DNA from: Dicyema japonicum
Lineage: Eukaryota > Animalia > Dicyemida
Assembly (NCBI GenBank): GCA_011109175.1
Contig: RDEW01000019.1
Coordinates: 246,028-310,027, forward strand
DNA length: 64,000 nt
Direction of reading: 5' to 3'
Positions 26,781-40,377 of the stretch are shown one piece after another. The number at the start of each line of letters is the position of its first letter. The stretch's first letter is position 1. Position numbers and translations under genes: made by a program. The notes below the pieces were generated by a model. That model was given only the letters and a program-made list of their open reading frames with translations, was not told the origin of the DNA and searched no databases.

Positions 26781-27254
26781 ATGCTTGAGTGAAAGACATT
26801 TATTAATTATTTCTTTAATAGGTTTAGATTATGGGACTATAAGCTGGATACTTGGTGGCTGTCGGTCTCCTACTTGTTAGTGAGGTCGTGGTAGCTAAAT
26901 AACCTAGGCTATGTTGGCAAGCTTTCCTAGCCTTTCGGTGTAGGAGACTGGCGGTTTATAATTCATTAAATGTTGTTACTATGGACTCGTTGCTTAGTCT
27001 ATGAGAAAATATCGTTATCTGAGTGTATAGTGAACCTTAATTGATAGATGTGAAGCTGTTTATCATAGAGGCACTCTTCTTCCACATGACTGTAGTAAAT
27101 ATTGATAGAAAACAAAATATGACTATTAACCAAGCAGTTATGGATTATGCCTAAACCTTTTTATCACATCGACACACGTCATACAGCAATTTACGAATTT
27201 ATCAGATTATTTTAAGTGACAATGTAAATTTGAAGACGTTTATTTTTTAAACAA

Positions 27255-27400
27255 ATAAGTTTTTTTAAGCAAGAGGCTTGGATTGCGTGAGCGTTTCCTA
27301 TGATCACTGCCATTTCGAGCCTTGTCTGAGCCGTTATCCGTTAAGCAGCCGGCGCAGTGTCAAATTCCATTCATTTACGACGCGTTGGGTATGACGAGAA
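27255..27400 (-). mobile_element. Divergent CRE-like 3' end
   Basis: QTRLEMAVIIGNAHAIQAS vs RQKIGMAILRENSFAIHAA. Confidence 0.5.
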
Positions 27401-28050
27401 ACCGTCTTCAGTGAATACCTTGATGCGGATTGTCTCAAGTACTCACAGGTAAAAAAGTTAAAAATTTTCATTGTCTCGCTTTAAACGATTAATTATCATA
27501 CTATTCTTTACTTCCTTCACTTGAAGGGATTTTTGGTGGACGAAAGGAAAGTTTCCTTAACCGAGTAATCAAAGCTTAATGATCAAATTCAAGGACATTG
27601 TAATCAAATGATTGTAAGTCGGTTAACAGCTAAAAAAACGCCTCACGTGATTATTGTAAGTGGAAAAAGTCCGGATCGAATGCTCGTCTTTCCGTTTGCC
27701 TCCCTAGTCTGGACGACATTTTCGCTCTAAACAGCCACATTCAGAGTATTGTCAATGCCTGTTCAACCGCTTGAAAGGCCAAGACAATTAAGAGCCGGAA
27801 GTATAATGACTTCCATGGTAATGTAACATTCGTTTTTCTCTCTATGGAGATTTGAAAGTCGTTTACGACTTTTTCAAAAAAGTCGGAAATTTAATCTAAG
27901 CTCATTCAGGGGACCTTCGCGATCGATCTAAGCTGTTCAAACTAATTTCCCTCGCAATCCGAGTAGAAAAATCTCGCAGTTATGGTTGCAGCTTTCTATC
28001 TATAATTTTCCGTTTTTATTTTTGAAGAAAAATTCAAAGTTACTCCAGAT

Positions 28051-28350
28051 TTACTTTCCTTTTGGAGCCCGTCCCTTGCTTAGGAATAAACGTCTAACGC
28101 GAATCTGCTCAGGTACTGCAGCGAGCATACTGAAGATTTGAGAGGAATAAGTACGGCGACATTGGGGACCGATTCGCTTACCAGTCGATCTCCGTTCAGA
28201 TCTGGTTTGTTGGCCAATCACTCTTAGTTTATCAGGTAATCGATGACTTGCAGGGCTTCGAAAGGGTGAGCCTAGAATGACAAGATGGCTCTTCCAGAAA
28301 TTGGGCTTGCAATCATGAGAGGTAACTCCCATTGCGTTTTTAGTGCCCAC
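28051..28350 (-). repeat. Unidentified family E copy
   Basis: aatttctggaagagcca...taggct shared with ~24170-24210. Confidence 0.55.
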
Positions 28351-28780
28351 AGGCCATAATGGAGACCTAAAATCGATAAGTTAAAAACCATAATACAAAA
28401 ATTTTACCTCTTTTAACTCGGAGACCTGCTCATGTGGTCTGGGTCATTATCACCTCAGTAGTCAGAGAAAATTCCATCTCTAATGACAATCCATATCCTC
28501 CATTATCATAAACGATATCATGTTCGATACAAGCTTTTTTCCGTAGAAATTTTTAAATTTTTTAATCACACCGGGGTCCGTTGGTTGCAAACAACTTGAT
28601 GTATTGGGCGGTAGAATGAAGTTTGATACTTGTTAATGTAGAAGATCCGGGTGGATGAACAGTTTTCATCAATAAAATAATTAATCTGCCTGTACTCTTA
28701 ACTTGAATCTCTAATATCATATTTTAGAAAACTATTGAGGTCATCCATGCGTTGTGTAGGCATAATTTAAACTTGTTTTG

Positions 28781-28880
28781 TGGCTAAGACAAAAGATTGG
28801 AATGGCCATACTCCGAGGGAACTCGTTCGCAATCCACGCAGCAGGCTTCCTCAACTGATATTTGTTTAATTGTTAAACAA
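28781..28880 (+). mobile_element. CRE-like extreme 3' end (~100 bp)
   Basis: Near-identical to 13735-13830. Confidence 0.9.
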
Positions 28881-29231
28881 ATTATTTTGTTTAAAAAATT
28901 GCTATTTCAAGGTTGGCATATTATAACTATTCAGAGGTAAATTGGCGGAATTACCCAGTCTCGAATCGTTTCCTTAGCGATGTATTAATATAACCTGGAA
29001 AATTCAATTCCCAATAATATTCTGAATACTAACTACCATTACGAAAATTAACGCCTTCTACCTTCTTCTACCCCGGCCTTAACTTGTATGAGACCAGAGG
29101 CTATTAATTAAGAGGTGGTAATGCCAGTCACTCCCAACTTTGGCGTGGTAGACAGGAAAAAGTTCAGGACATTCTAAAAGGTCTTCTAACGAATTGATCT
29201 CTTAAATTCAAAAGAAATGCTAATAGAAAAA

Positions 29232-30260
29232 TCAATAAAGACCAGCAGCTCCGTCAAGAAATCCATCCAATGGAGCATCATGGTACTCAACCCACTTTCC
29301 ATCTTTCAGGATCTCATATGAGCCAATAATATCATCACCACTTACTCCACCAATGGCATACAAGCACTCACCAACACTCATAAGGGAGAACTATATCTCA
29401 CACAATCATCACCATTGATCTACTGGTCTCCATATCAGTCCCCTTCTTCCACAAATCATTCGCAGGGTCGTAAATCTCCACCTTTGAGACCTCCTCACAA
29501 CCATACTGTCCTCTACTCTCTATCCCACCAACGACGTATATCAACCCAGATAAAACAGCTGCAGCAGCTCCTGCACGTGGCGAGGACATGGAAGATATTG
29601 GACTCCAAGAATCCGATAAGATGTCATATTTGGCGCATTCTTTTATAATTATAGATATTATCACCAGAAAGCAGTCCGTTTTCGTTTTTACCACCAAAAA
29701 CGTAGATAAAGTCATCATGCACAACGGAAGAGAATTCAAATCTCGGTATTTCCATGGGAGATACAGTATCCCATTTATAAAGGTCACCACCACTCACATA
29801 TAACACAACAGAACCTCGACTTGTAAACATCCGCAGATGGGTTGTGATCACAATGACTTTTCCCTCCAAGGACAAAGATGGAGTCGCCATGAGAGCACAT
29901 TTTAAAATTGAACAGAGGACCTGGTAGGTTTCCGCAATGGTAATGCACCTTCTCCGTGATGGAATCAAATCTGTACAATATATAGTAAAACAAACACGTG
30001 GATATGGCTTTCAGCCTGTGAAGGAATACATACAGAATCTCCGCAGAGAATCCCTCCGGCGATTATTACGCGGTCTTTGTATGGGGTCACTTGAAAAAAC
30101 CGCATTGGATGTTTAAGAGAGAGCACATGACTCCATTCGTTTTTGGTAACGTCATATTTGACAATAGCACTGTCGTCATCCCCAACTACAATGAGTTATC
30201 TGATTACCTAAAATTATCTTTGAGTAGGATCCAACTGATTTGCTCATTTGTTGATACATT
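29232..30260 (-). CDS. Kelch-repeat protein, 5' end not located
   Basis: Kelch motifs VIIAGGF, IFVLGG, IYVFGG, IYVVGG...VEIYDP, LYAIGG joined by 22-25-nt introns; stop TGA at 29232-29234. Confidence 0.88.
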
Positions 30261-30389
30261 CTACGCAACACTACAAGACAATTTACGATTACTTCAACTA
30301 CAACTTAGGGATTTAAATTAAAAAAAAATATTTTGGCAATATTTTTCGACAAGTTATTAAATAAATTGAAAATAAATATTTTTAATAGA

Positions 30390-30570
30390 TTGGTTCCCGG
30401 TGTTACATCTAACATCATTCGAGGTTCTTGTGTGGAGAATGGAGCTCCGATGACATCTGTTATGCATCTATATGTAACTCGAGCTTACGGAAAGTGCGTG
30501 GGTCACGGGACGAACAGCATGAAGAGATGAGGAGGCTACTTGGTGAAATCGGGATCACCTGATGACAATA
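30390..30570 (+). mobile_element. Family A LINE tail
   Basis: VTRAYGKCVG/SRDEQHEEMRRLLGEIGIT* (1-nt frameshift). Confidence 0.65.
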
Positions 30571-30739
30571 ATTTGTAGTTATAATATTGTCAATGCGGTT
30601 CACCATTATGTGACGATAGGTGGATGCTAGTCTTCTTCTAGTCCATGAAGTTTTATGATGAGGAGGGTGTTGAAAGTAGGCGCTGCTAGAAACACTGAAT
30701 ATTAGGTAGAAGTTGGTCAGTGTCAAAGGAAGTTTCTGA

Positions 30740-31200
30740 TTCCTCTTCTGTGCGACCAATAAAGGTTAATCTCATTTTTCTTCTTCCATCATCGTATTCC
30801 AGCAACTGATGAGAATATACAAGTTCCATCATTGCTCCCCCAATTCTTAGTACAAGTTGCAATTATTCAGGATTTCTTATGACATATACATTTATGATTG
30901 TAGAAATCCTCATTCCATTTTAGTTGTATTATACAGATCCTGTCCTTAACTTTCCAGAATATCCTCATATGCAGCAAAACCTTACCCATAGCGCTTTAAA
31001 TCAGAGGGAAGCAGCATTAACACAGTCTCCATCCTCATCGTACAATCTTCCTGCCATTTTACTTCCTGCAGACAGTATAAATTCCACCGTATTTTGGATT
31101 GTCCGAACATTGAGTGCGTTTCTTTGTCACATCTTTGAGTCCTCTAGCGTTGAAGGTAAGAAGGGTTAGTTCTTTTGAAGTCCCGAATGCTTTCTAGCCA
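30740..31200 (-). mobile_element. APE endonuclease fragment, RTE-like
   Basis: TFNARGLK, DRICIIQLK and IINVY motifs, decayed. Confidence 0.55.
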
Positions 31201-31440
31201 TGAGTGTAATAGAACCACCTCAACCATTTAAGATTATTAATTAATCATTAAAAAACAGACAAGAAACTCAAAAATTACAAAAGCCTTTGCCCGGATGAAC
31301 TCATGGTGAACTCTTTAAATACGGAACTTATTACCGTTTAGAAAATATTGGACGGATCATGAATAATCTGACCAAACACAAGACCCTCTTCAGCCAGTGT
31401 CCACAATCCCAAATCACTACAACAGCACTGCAACCAAGGA

Positions 31441-31683
31441 ATATTAATGTTTCCTTTATTAAACCTCAGCTTAGTCAGAACTCGCAATTAGTAAGAACAG
31501 TCATGCTAACTAATCCAAGACATTGAAAATGTTCTTGATTTCTCGTTCTTTTTTTGCTTGTGTGTTATCCCAGAAAACGTCACTTGTTCACCCATAAGAA
31601 TCGTAGATGCGTGGAAACTTCAACGAATGGACGGCAGCAAAATTCGAACCTGGACCTCACTTCTGTGCACTGATCTACGATGC
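31441..31683 (-). mobile_element. tRNA-headed SINE family 2
   Basis: TAGATCAGTG A-box-like and GGTTCGAAT B-box; tail shared with 10366-10478. Confidence 0.7.
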
Positions 31684-31754
31684 TTTGGTTTGACGAGTGA
31701 CGCCGTTATCAGTGAACATCTCACTGCGAAACTGGATGGTCTATAAAGAACTCA

Positions 31755-31845
31755 AGCCAACAAAAAGAAAAAGAAGTGAAGAGCATTCTTGGTTCCTCTC
31801 TACGATTAGTTAGCATAACTGTTCTTTACTTCAATAAAGTGTGTA
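31755..31845 (+). mobile_element. SINE family 2 3' fragment, opposite orientation to its neighbour
   Basis: gattagttagcataactgttctt shared with the other copies. Confidence 0.55.
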
Positions 31846-31994
31846 TAATTCCTGGGGTAATACGGCTCTGCGTAAAGTGCAGTATTATTATATTAGAAAA
31901 ATAAAATAAAAATTTAAAAAATCTTGTTTTTGTATAAAAAATAATTTAAATATAAAAATATACCTCTGATCTTGATAAATATTATTTTGCATCA

Positions 31995-34260
31995 GATACC
32001 TTTATAGAGGCAAGACACAGGTGGATACGATCATGCACAAGTCATTCAGTGTATTGAAGAACTAACAGTGAATGAGGAAACCTGTACCGACAGTTTGTCC
32101 TGGACTTACTTAAGATTGTAAGCCTAGGGTCACCTAATATATTGGAGTTTATTATATGAAATATCATATTATTATTAACCCAGCACAAACAGTCATAACT
32201 AGGGGGATTTTTGTCAATAAAGTCAAAAATGGATATATTCTTTAAAATTATTTAAAGCTTATAAAATTTAGTTTTTAGTCAAAAATATTTATTATATTAA
32301 TCAAAAGTTACAATAAACCAAAAGTCAGAATAAAACTATTTAAAATTGATTGGCTGTATTAATTTATTCTCTTTCGTTTTGAACCATTCCTTAGCTCTCT
32401 AACTGCAATCTCTTGGTCACCATCACCAATCTGATCTTCACTCCAGCATTGTTGTTCTATGGGCACGATTTCGTCATTACTTGTTGTAGAGACTTTCGTT
32501 GTAGAAATGAATGACCTCACTAACATCACTCTCTTGAAAGTTCATCCCATGTCGGTGCTCACTAACATGCTTTCAAGAGTTTTCTTTAACACAATAATGA
32601 CTTGTAGAACTTACAATTCCCTCCCAAAACAATAGGAATAATTTTAACTTTCGCATTGTATATTTGAGACAACTCTCCAGCGAGGAGGTCTGAAGTTTTT
32701 CTACCTCAACCACCTTCAGCATCTCCTGAGAAGTGATTCCAACCTCTACTAAAGTAATCTCACTTGTCTTTTTATCAAAAAAATATGTCCGACTTGTTAT
32801 GTGTACTTTGACATCGTCATTAGCGTCGTATCACTCGGATCTCAAATTCTCAGTTGTTACTGTTGATTGACTGAGTGAGTCTCAGTTTCTTTGAATATGT
32901 GATTCCATATTTACGACACCACACGTGAAGACATCTCACCCCTCATTGTGACGTCGTATGTAATCACTATTTAATCCTCTTGCATCTCGTTGCCAAATGA
33001 TCGACTTTTTTGGCAGATTACAATGATTGCAGTTCGAGCCTTTTTTTCAAAAGAACAAATTTCGGCCTTGTAAAAGGCAATACAAAGCTTCGGCTCTTGG
33101 ACTATTATTCCCCTATGCAAGCCATCCCGAAGACGATGCAATGTCAACAGTCGAGTCTTTTTAAACACTTGAATAACATAGAATGAAGAGATTTACTGTT
33201 AATTTTCATCAATAACCATTCAACTTGGACTTGTTTAAGTTTCAGTACATCCATTTCAGAGGAATTATCATCCGAGTTATAGTTCTGAGTTAAGAGTCCC
33301 GCGATTGTGGCCATATGTGTTTTCTTTAAATTGACAGACCGCAGAATTCCAGCTTTCTCAGACATACATTAGATTTTCTTTCCAAATCATGGAGAAATTG
33401 AACAACATGCATTCACTTTTGAACACGATTGAAGTGAGTCTTCTCCCAAGTTTATCTCTTGGTATATAGAGCCTCTCTTTATTTGCAGGCTTTAAATGAA
33501 GTTTTGTCTCATAAAGAATACGTCGAACAACATCAAATCCTCAAACTCATTGGTTCAATATTGATTAGTCCAATATTTACTGCATTCAATTTTGTGCTTG
33601 CCGAACCCTTAATTCTTTTTCTAACTTCATCGGCAATTTTTTCTAAAATTTCCTGTTTTAGAGTGTTACTCCATTTATCCTCCAACACTCCAAGGTATCG
33701 ATAACCTTCAGTTCCATCCAAATATTTGCTTCCTTTGATAAACATTCAACATTAGTAGCCGACTTATCAAAGTTTTTATTGAGTCCTGCTGATTCAAAAA
33801 ATAATTCAATGTCGTGCATCATCTTAATAACCTCTTCCTGGGCAAATATTTTTAGATCATCCATAAAAAACGAATGGTTAGTGGCATAGGTAATCATCGA
33901 TAGACTAGACTGGCTAATATGCACTGTTGGGGATCTTCCAGTTAACATCCTACTCAAAGGGTCCACCACCAATCAAATAGCTGTGGAGACAAGGAGTCCC
34001 CTTGCAGAATTCCTCTTGATATTTTTACTGTTCCGATTTCATGTCTAAAACGGATAAAACTAATAATCCAACAAGGAAGTCCACAGCACCTAAAATTTTA
34101 AATAGGAATTCTTGGATTACTGAGCCAAACGCTTTTTGGACGTCTATCCCTGCTGAATATAAAAAGTTGTCAAATTCCTGGTTAATACACTGATTTATTA
34201 GGGCTTGTTCCTTAGCACCCTGACACATTTTTTTCGTTCCTAGTTGGTTATCTAGATCAT
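31995..34260 (-). mobile_element. Dong/R4-like RLE retrotransposon (RT + RLE + 3'UTR), decayed
   Basis: CQGAKEQALINQCIN, IDVQKAFGSV, FFMDDLKIF, YRYLGVLED, TLVEVGITSQE; 32000-32120 matches the 3'UTR at 54730-54835. Confidence 0.9.
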
Positions 34261-34319
34261 TTGGAATGTGTCAACAAAAAAATTGTTCCAATCATTCACT
34301 GTGATGCCGAAGTTCAATC

Positions 34320-35090
34320 AAGAATGCCATTGAAAAGATTGAGTCTGTTCTCAGAAAATTTCCTGATGAATTTTCTATCAACTCACTAGGAAATCTTTTT
34401 TGGCATTTATGTGGGACATTTGTAACTGCAAAAAAGCAATTTTTATTGAATCACATAGATCCTCTAAGAAGCATATCAAATTAGCAGGTTTAGTATTTTT
34501 ATTACTATTCTACACGTGTCAATATTATAAAGCCCTTGATTTTCTTGTCCCATCTGCCGACACGTGGTCAGTTTGTCGAATCCGATATTCCCTTGCGAAA
34601 GTTTAACAGCAAAAGCTTACGAGACTTGTTTAAAAAAATTGGACACAATCCTCCTTCTACTTACGCTTGCCGAAAAAGTGTAGAAAATTAATGCCAAAGC
34701 AGTTTGACAGAATTAAGCTATTTTTGAGGTTTTATTTCCATTTATTATAGATCTGAAAAATTTTGTTTTGATTGACGAAACTGATACCCGGGGACAGAAA
34801 TATGTCAAAACACTTATTGGAAGAATTTCTGATCCCAAGAAAATATTTTTAACATCTTGTCGTCATTGTCTTCTGCGGCTATCTCTGTCAGATAATTGAC
34901 GATGTTCTAAGGGATTTTGCGATAGATCTCGAATACGCTGTTGAACACATTCAGAAATTGCATTTCGGGTACGATTTATGTGGAATCAGGAAGTACTGGA
35001 ATCAATATTATTTGTCAAAAAAGTGCTTTCATCACAAAAATGGAAAAACAAAATATTTCTTCATATGCATACAACTATCTGAAAAAGTGT
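34320..35090 (+). mobile_element. CGGBP1-like hAT-related transposase remnant
   Basis: GNLFWHLCG...FIESHRSSKKH zinc-finger remnant, DIPLAKVNSKSLRDLF and VLIDETDTRGQKYV (family motif IDETTDxxGRYV). Confidence 0.6.
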
Positions 35091-35098
35091 CCTTCCAC

Positions 35099-35324
35099 GT
35101 TTTTCATAGTGTAATCTTCATCAGAGTATTTGATCAGGGAGAGGTAGGAAGATCCCTTTCAACTACTGCGTCGTACCAGAAGACTCGTCGCCTCACGGGT
35201 GGGATCTGTTTTACAAGAATTGACCTCCGCTGAAAACTCCATCTTTCAGATTCAAGCCCACGACCTTCAGATCCGATGTCATCAGTCAAAATAATAATAA
35301 CGTTCAGTCAGAAGGCCGAAATGG
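35099..35324 (-). mobile_element. tRNA-derived SINE family 1
   Basis: Reverse complement of 17435-17648; ccatttcgg/ccgaaagatgg-like acceptor-stem pairing. Confidence 0.75.
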
Positions 35325-35556
35325 TGGCTTTTGTAGGCGTGGCAAACCCACAAAAATATTTTCACAAAATAAATTAATTTTTATTTAATAAAACAAAGTA
35401 AGTTATTTATGATTTGTCTCAAACCGGTCATCAAAGACCTAGGAACTAAAAATAGTAAAGAACTATCTAATCGAGCACAGTCTTACATTCTGCCTCGAAA
35501 ACTAAGCAGCTTGTAATTTTGATTTTTCACAAAAATTTAAAAAAGTATTATAATTA

Positions 35557-36092
35557 TTATTTCACATTTTTGTTGAGATCAACATAAATGCCCTCATTAA
35601 TTAACTGAATGGCCTTTTCATAGACAGGCGGAGAGTCCTTATCTGGATTAGGCATTGATACTGCAGAACTGAACGAAGGTGGGGGTTCATTCCTTACATA
35701 ATTATATTCAACATACCTCAATACTTCCTATTAATAAATCATTACTAATACCTCTTTTCTCCCGAATAAATGGCTAATCCAGTAATTTACAGCATAAATA
35801 CTGGAGGCAATTGATATGAAACAGAATACTATAAAAATAATTTGAGAAATTGTTTCGTTAATGATGATGGAATCTATACTAACAATTCAAGTGTACTTGC
35901 ATGAAAAACAAAACCAAACAAAAAAAATAAAAAACTTGAAATCGTCAAATATACGGCGTAAAAACAGTTATTTACAATCGGCATATAAAATTTGAAATAA
36001 TTTTTGTTTATATATTGTTTGTGGTTTGCCATTATTTCGGAATATAATCTGTGAATTTTGATATTTGAGGATCGAACAAGGCTGCTTGACAT
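35557..36092 (-). CDS. Orphan ~162-aa two-TM protein with PPPSF and PPVY motifs
   Basis: Three exons joined in frame by introns 35874-35896 (23 nt) and 35728-35751 (24 nt); two hydrophobic stretches; ends VK* at 35557. Confidence 0.65.
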
Positions 36093-36379
36093 TCTATGGG
36101 TTATTGAGCTCAGGTCCTCATAATAGAGAAGAGTTTTAAGTCATGAAGCTATTCTGAAAAAGTGTGTGAGCTTAAAGGTGACAGTAAGTCTTACAAGAGC
36201 AGTAATAGAGGTTCTGCTGCTGGAACAGACGCGAAAACCAAATTATGTTGGCTTCAGTTACGATGTCAATTTCGTTTGGAAACATCAATATTGTTAATGC
36301 TTTCTCGGGTATGGGATCAGTCGGAAGGACTAGTATACCCAAGAAGATTTGGAAAATTTAAAGATACTTGAAACTACTA

Positions 36380-36800
36380 AACCATTTGGGGTCGTGGACA
36401 CTTGATAAAATAACAGTTTTCTTTTTCAGCTGTTATTCAAAAGAATGTTCCAATATGGATAGAAATAGAGGGGCTGATTGGTCAAATTTACTTATTCTAC
36501 CGTTAAACGTTTCCAAAGACAAGGAATAAGGTTTCCACTCGTTATGGAAAAACAAAATCTCTTGTTAAACTGGGACTTAACATTGGTTTTACAAAGAGTG
36601 CTTTAGAAAACCTAAGATTCAGTATTTTCGATGCCAAGGATTTGGAGGAAGTTGAATGATTTGCTCGGAATTTTGCAAAAAAAGTGCCTAATATATTCTG
36701 GCTCTCATGGAAGGTCAGAGTCAAAGTTCCGGGAAATAACCCAAAGTTCTGTGTGAATTGTGGACCTGGAGATCACATAGCTGACTATGGAGGCAGTAAA
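36380..36800 (+). mobile_element. Gag-like/L1-Tx1 ORF1 remnant
   Basis: VPIWIEIEGL and PKFCVNCGPGDHIADY (degenerate zinc knuckle). Confidence 0.4.
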
Positions 36801-38108
36801 AAGCAATAGAAGCAAAAAACTTCGAATCAGTAGTCTGAGTTGCTCGACTATAGTGAGCAGAAGCTTCCAAATGTGATACCTCTTTTGATAAGAGTGATGA
36901 CTGCCTCTACGACCAGTTGGTCGGTCTCGTCGGATGGTGTTATCATGGGAAAGTTGGGCTGGGTGAAGAAAAAGAGTGTTCGTTTTTTGTAGGAAGCCTG
37001 GGTCAAGTGTATGATGGTTTGCTCGGAACCCATATTAAAGGCAAACATCGGATGCCATATCGAATACAATCGAGGACCATCCTTTCGAGAATTCTCGAAA
37101 TACGCATAGGATTGATATTGATCTGTAAGATGATGGTTCCTCTGCGGGATTGCCAGCCTTCCTAGTTGGTTTATGTAAGATCTCTTCCAAACTTACGTAT
37201 TATCGACGTATTCTCAGTTCTATAGTGGATATGGAATCCGGTCCTCTGGAGTTCCGTGTCATAGATATTGTTCGACGAACATTTCCTCCAGAGAATGCGG
37301 TCGTCTATGGGAGTGTCCGCTTTAATGTAAATGATTTGTGAGAAGGTAGTCAGATCCCTAAAAAAGGAACAGACCGCGTTACGAGAACACAAGAATTCCA
37401 GTTGATTCTATTCCAATAAATATTAATTTTGTGGTTGAGTCTCTTGAATGGAATGACCCTTGTCTGTAGCCATTTCCTGTTATGAAGTGAATCTTGTGAT
37501 GAGAGAATGCAAATACCAAGACGAATGTTTGAATGTCGTTAATCGATGGGAATGTCATCAATAGTTAATCGACATCTGAAATACCTAAGAGTCCCCCTGA
37601 AAGGATTTTTCAATGGCAGAGGAAGAAACTGCGTCGAAGTCAGCTAACGTTGAACCACTGTTATGGTCTTCAAGATTGTATGAAAGTGAAAGCAAATTCG
37701 TTGAGTTTTTAGGTGGATCAAAAAGATGTCACCCAAAGTGTCATCGTGGTGGTAACATTAGGCGGTTATTACATCACATTTATAATTAATGTCTCATATT
37801 GATTGACCAACCAGTCACACTTTAATTAGTATTTGAGTTTACAAGACATCTTGAGACATCTTTATAACATAATGTATAACATTCCACAGAAAAACACATA
37901 GTTTTGGATTTAAGGGAGTGTCTGATACACCAAAACCAAATTTTACCAAAAATTGTAAGATCTTAAGGTATGCTTTGAGGAACAAAGGAATATAAGATTT
38001 TATATAAATCCACAAAATTCGAAGACCTCACCTAAATAAATATTAATAATAATTTAAAAAATAATTAAAGTTTAATATTAAAATAATATAAATACATTCA
38101 AATTGACG

Positions 38109-38854
<746 letters not shown>

Positions 38855-39195
38855 ATTTATTTTTTAATTTAATTATTCCTTAATTAAATGTTTAATTGCT
38901 CGGAACGTTGAGGTGGTGGCATTCCAATCTACTTGGTTGCATTGCAGGATGAAAGCCCTCGTATCTATTGTATGCATGGAATCGACAGTTCTATGCAAAT
39001 TAATTCCTAATCAATTTATAGTGTCAACCAGTATTTTGAGGCGAATGTGGCATTTTATTCGAATATTGAATTGTTTTAAATTCAATTTAGTCGATAATCA
39101 GATAATTGGATTTAAAATTTATAAGATAATCTTTATTTCCTTTACTTAAGATAATACTCTAATATATTTTATTCCTTGAGTAATTCGGGTGTCGT

Positions 39196-39715
39196 TTACA
39201 GACTTGACAGTCGGAAATTGATTATTACTCATTGCCATAGGAATAGACGGTAATGTCATTAAAACAAACGATGTCATCCCGTGGAAAGGTCATTTTTGAA
39301 CCTGTCGTCGTCAAAACATCAGGGGTCATTGGAAGCAGAATACTAGCTTTGCTGAACCCCATTGGATCGCGAGGAGAAAAAGTAGAGTAGATGGCTTGTT
39401 GGGTGGATTTCCCTACAAATCGTGTGGGGAGAAATTCATAGAGAGCAGTCACACTTATTTGCAGGATATGTCTAGCTAGTTTAGTGCTAGCAGAAGAACC
39501 CTATTTCACCATAGAAGAGGAAAGATCCGAATGGAAATCACTAGTTTGTCATTTGTATCGAAATGAGATGGAATTTTTAACCTCAGCACTCCATAACCAG
39601 GCTCATCTTGAAATGAATAAAATGGAGGATCTCTGCAATAAACACTACTTCCACATTAAAAGAAGTGTTATCCGCAGAGTAACTAATTCCTGTGAATCTG
39701 TAAGTTTTCTATTTT
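39196..39715 (-). CDS. Putative multi-exon gene, unknown product; upstream part runs into a CRE insertion
   Basis: Two GT-AG micro-introns (22 and 23 nt) join LRITLLLI|DPPFYSFQDEPG...IFPLLC|TKLARHILQISVTALYEF into one open frame. Confidence 0.4.
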
Positions 39716-39759
39716 TTAATAGTTTGTTTTTTGGTAATATTTTAATAGATAAAAAATTT

Positions 39760-40180
39760 TTTTAATGATAATTATTTAACAAAGTAACAAATGTTAGTTG
39801 AGGAAGCCGGCTGCGTGGATCGCGAAGGAGTTCCATCGGAGTATGGATATTCCAATCTTTTGGCTCAGCCATAACCCGTATCGTTGATCTTTTTACTTTC
39901 TGGCAAGTATTCCTCCGAGTCGCGCAAGAACTCAGCCGTAATTGGACCAACGGCTCCCGATGACTCTGCCGCAACAGGAATAAATCGGTACCGGTCCCCG
40001 AGGCAAGAGTATTTCTTATTTTAGGTTTTCCGCGGTTGAAGCAGCTGCTCCAGGTGTCTGAACCGATTTGAAAAGATTCGTGCTTGAATATGTGTCACAA
40101 GCTGCGTCCCAGACCAAAGATCTGTAAGGAAAGGAAAATGGTCATCCAGTCAGATCTCTTTCCATCTCGATCGAGACACA
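39760..40180 (-). mobile_element. CRE-like 3' end, decayed
   Basis: Parallel to 4845-5260. Confidence 0.85.
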
Positions 40181-40377
40181 CTGGTTCAAACGATTCAATC
40201 AAACTATCACATATTCTGTAAAAAAATATGGCAAAAAAACGCTGAATTTGAGACGTATAGAGGCATTCCTGGTTTTAACATTGTTGCACCAAATGATGGT
40301 TGGTTTCATTTTTTATAATTTGACATAGATTTGGAGACAGTAAATACTGATGTCGTTTTTTATATGAGTCGCTAGAC

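Noticed and set aside
17435-31683. Genuine tRNA genes at GGTTCGAAT motifs
   Set aside because: D-arm/anticodon arms are incomplete or irregular, and each head continues into a shared repeat body; treated as SINEs.
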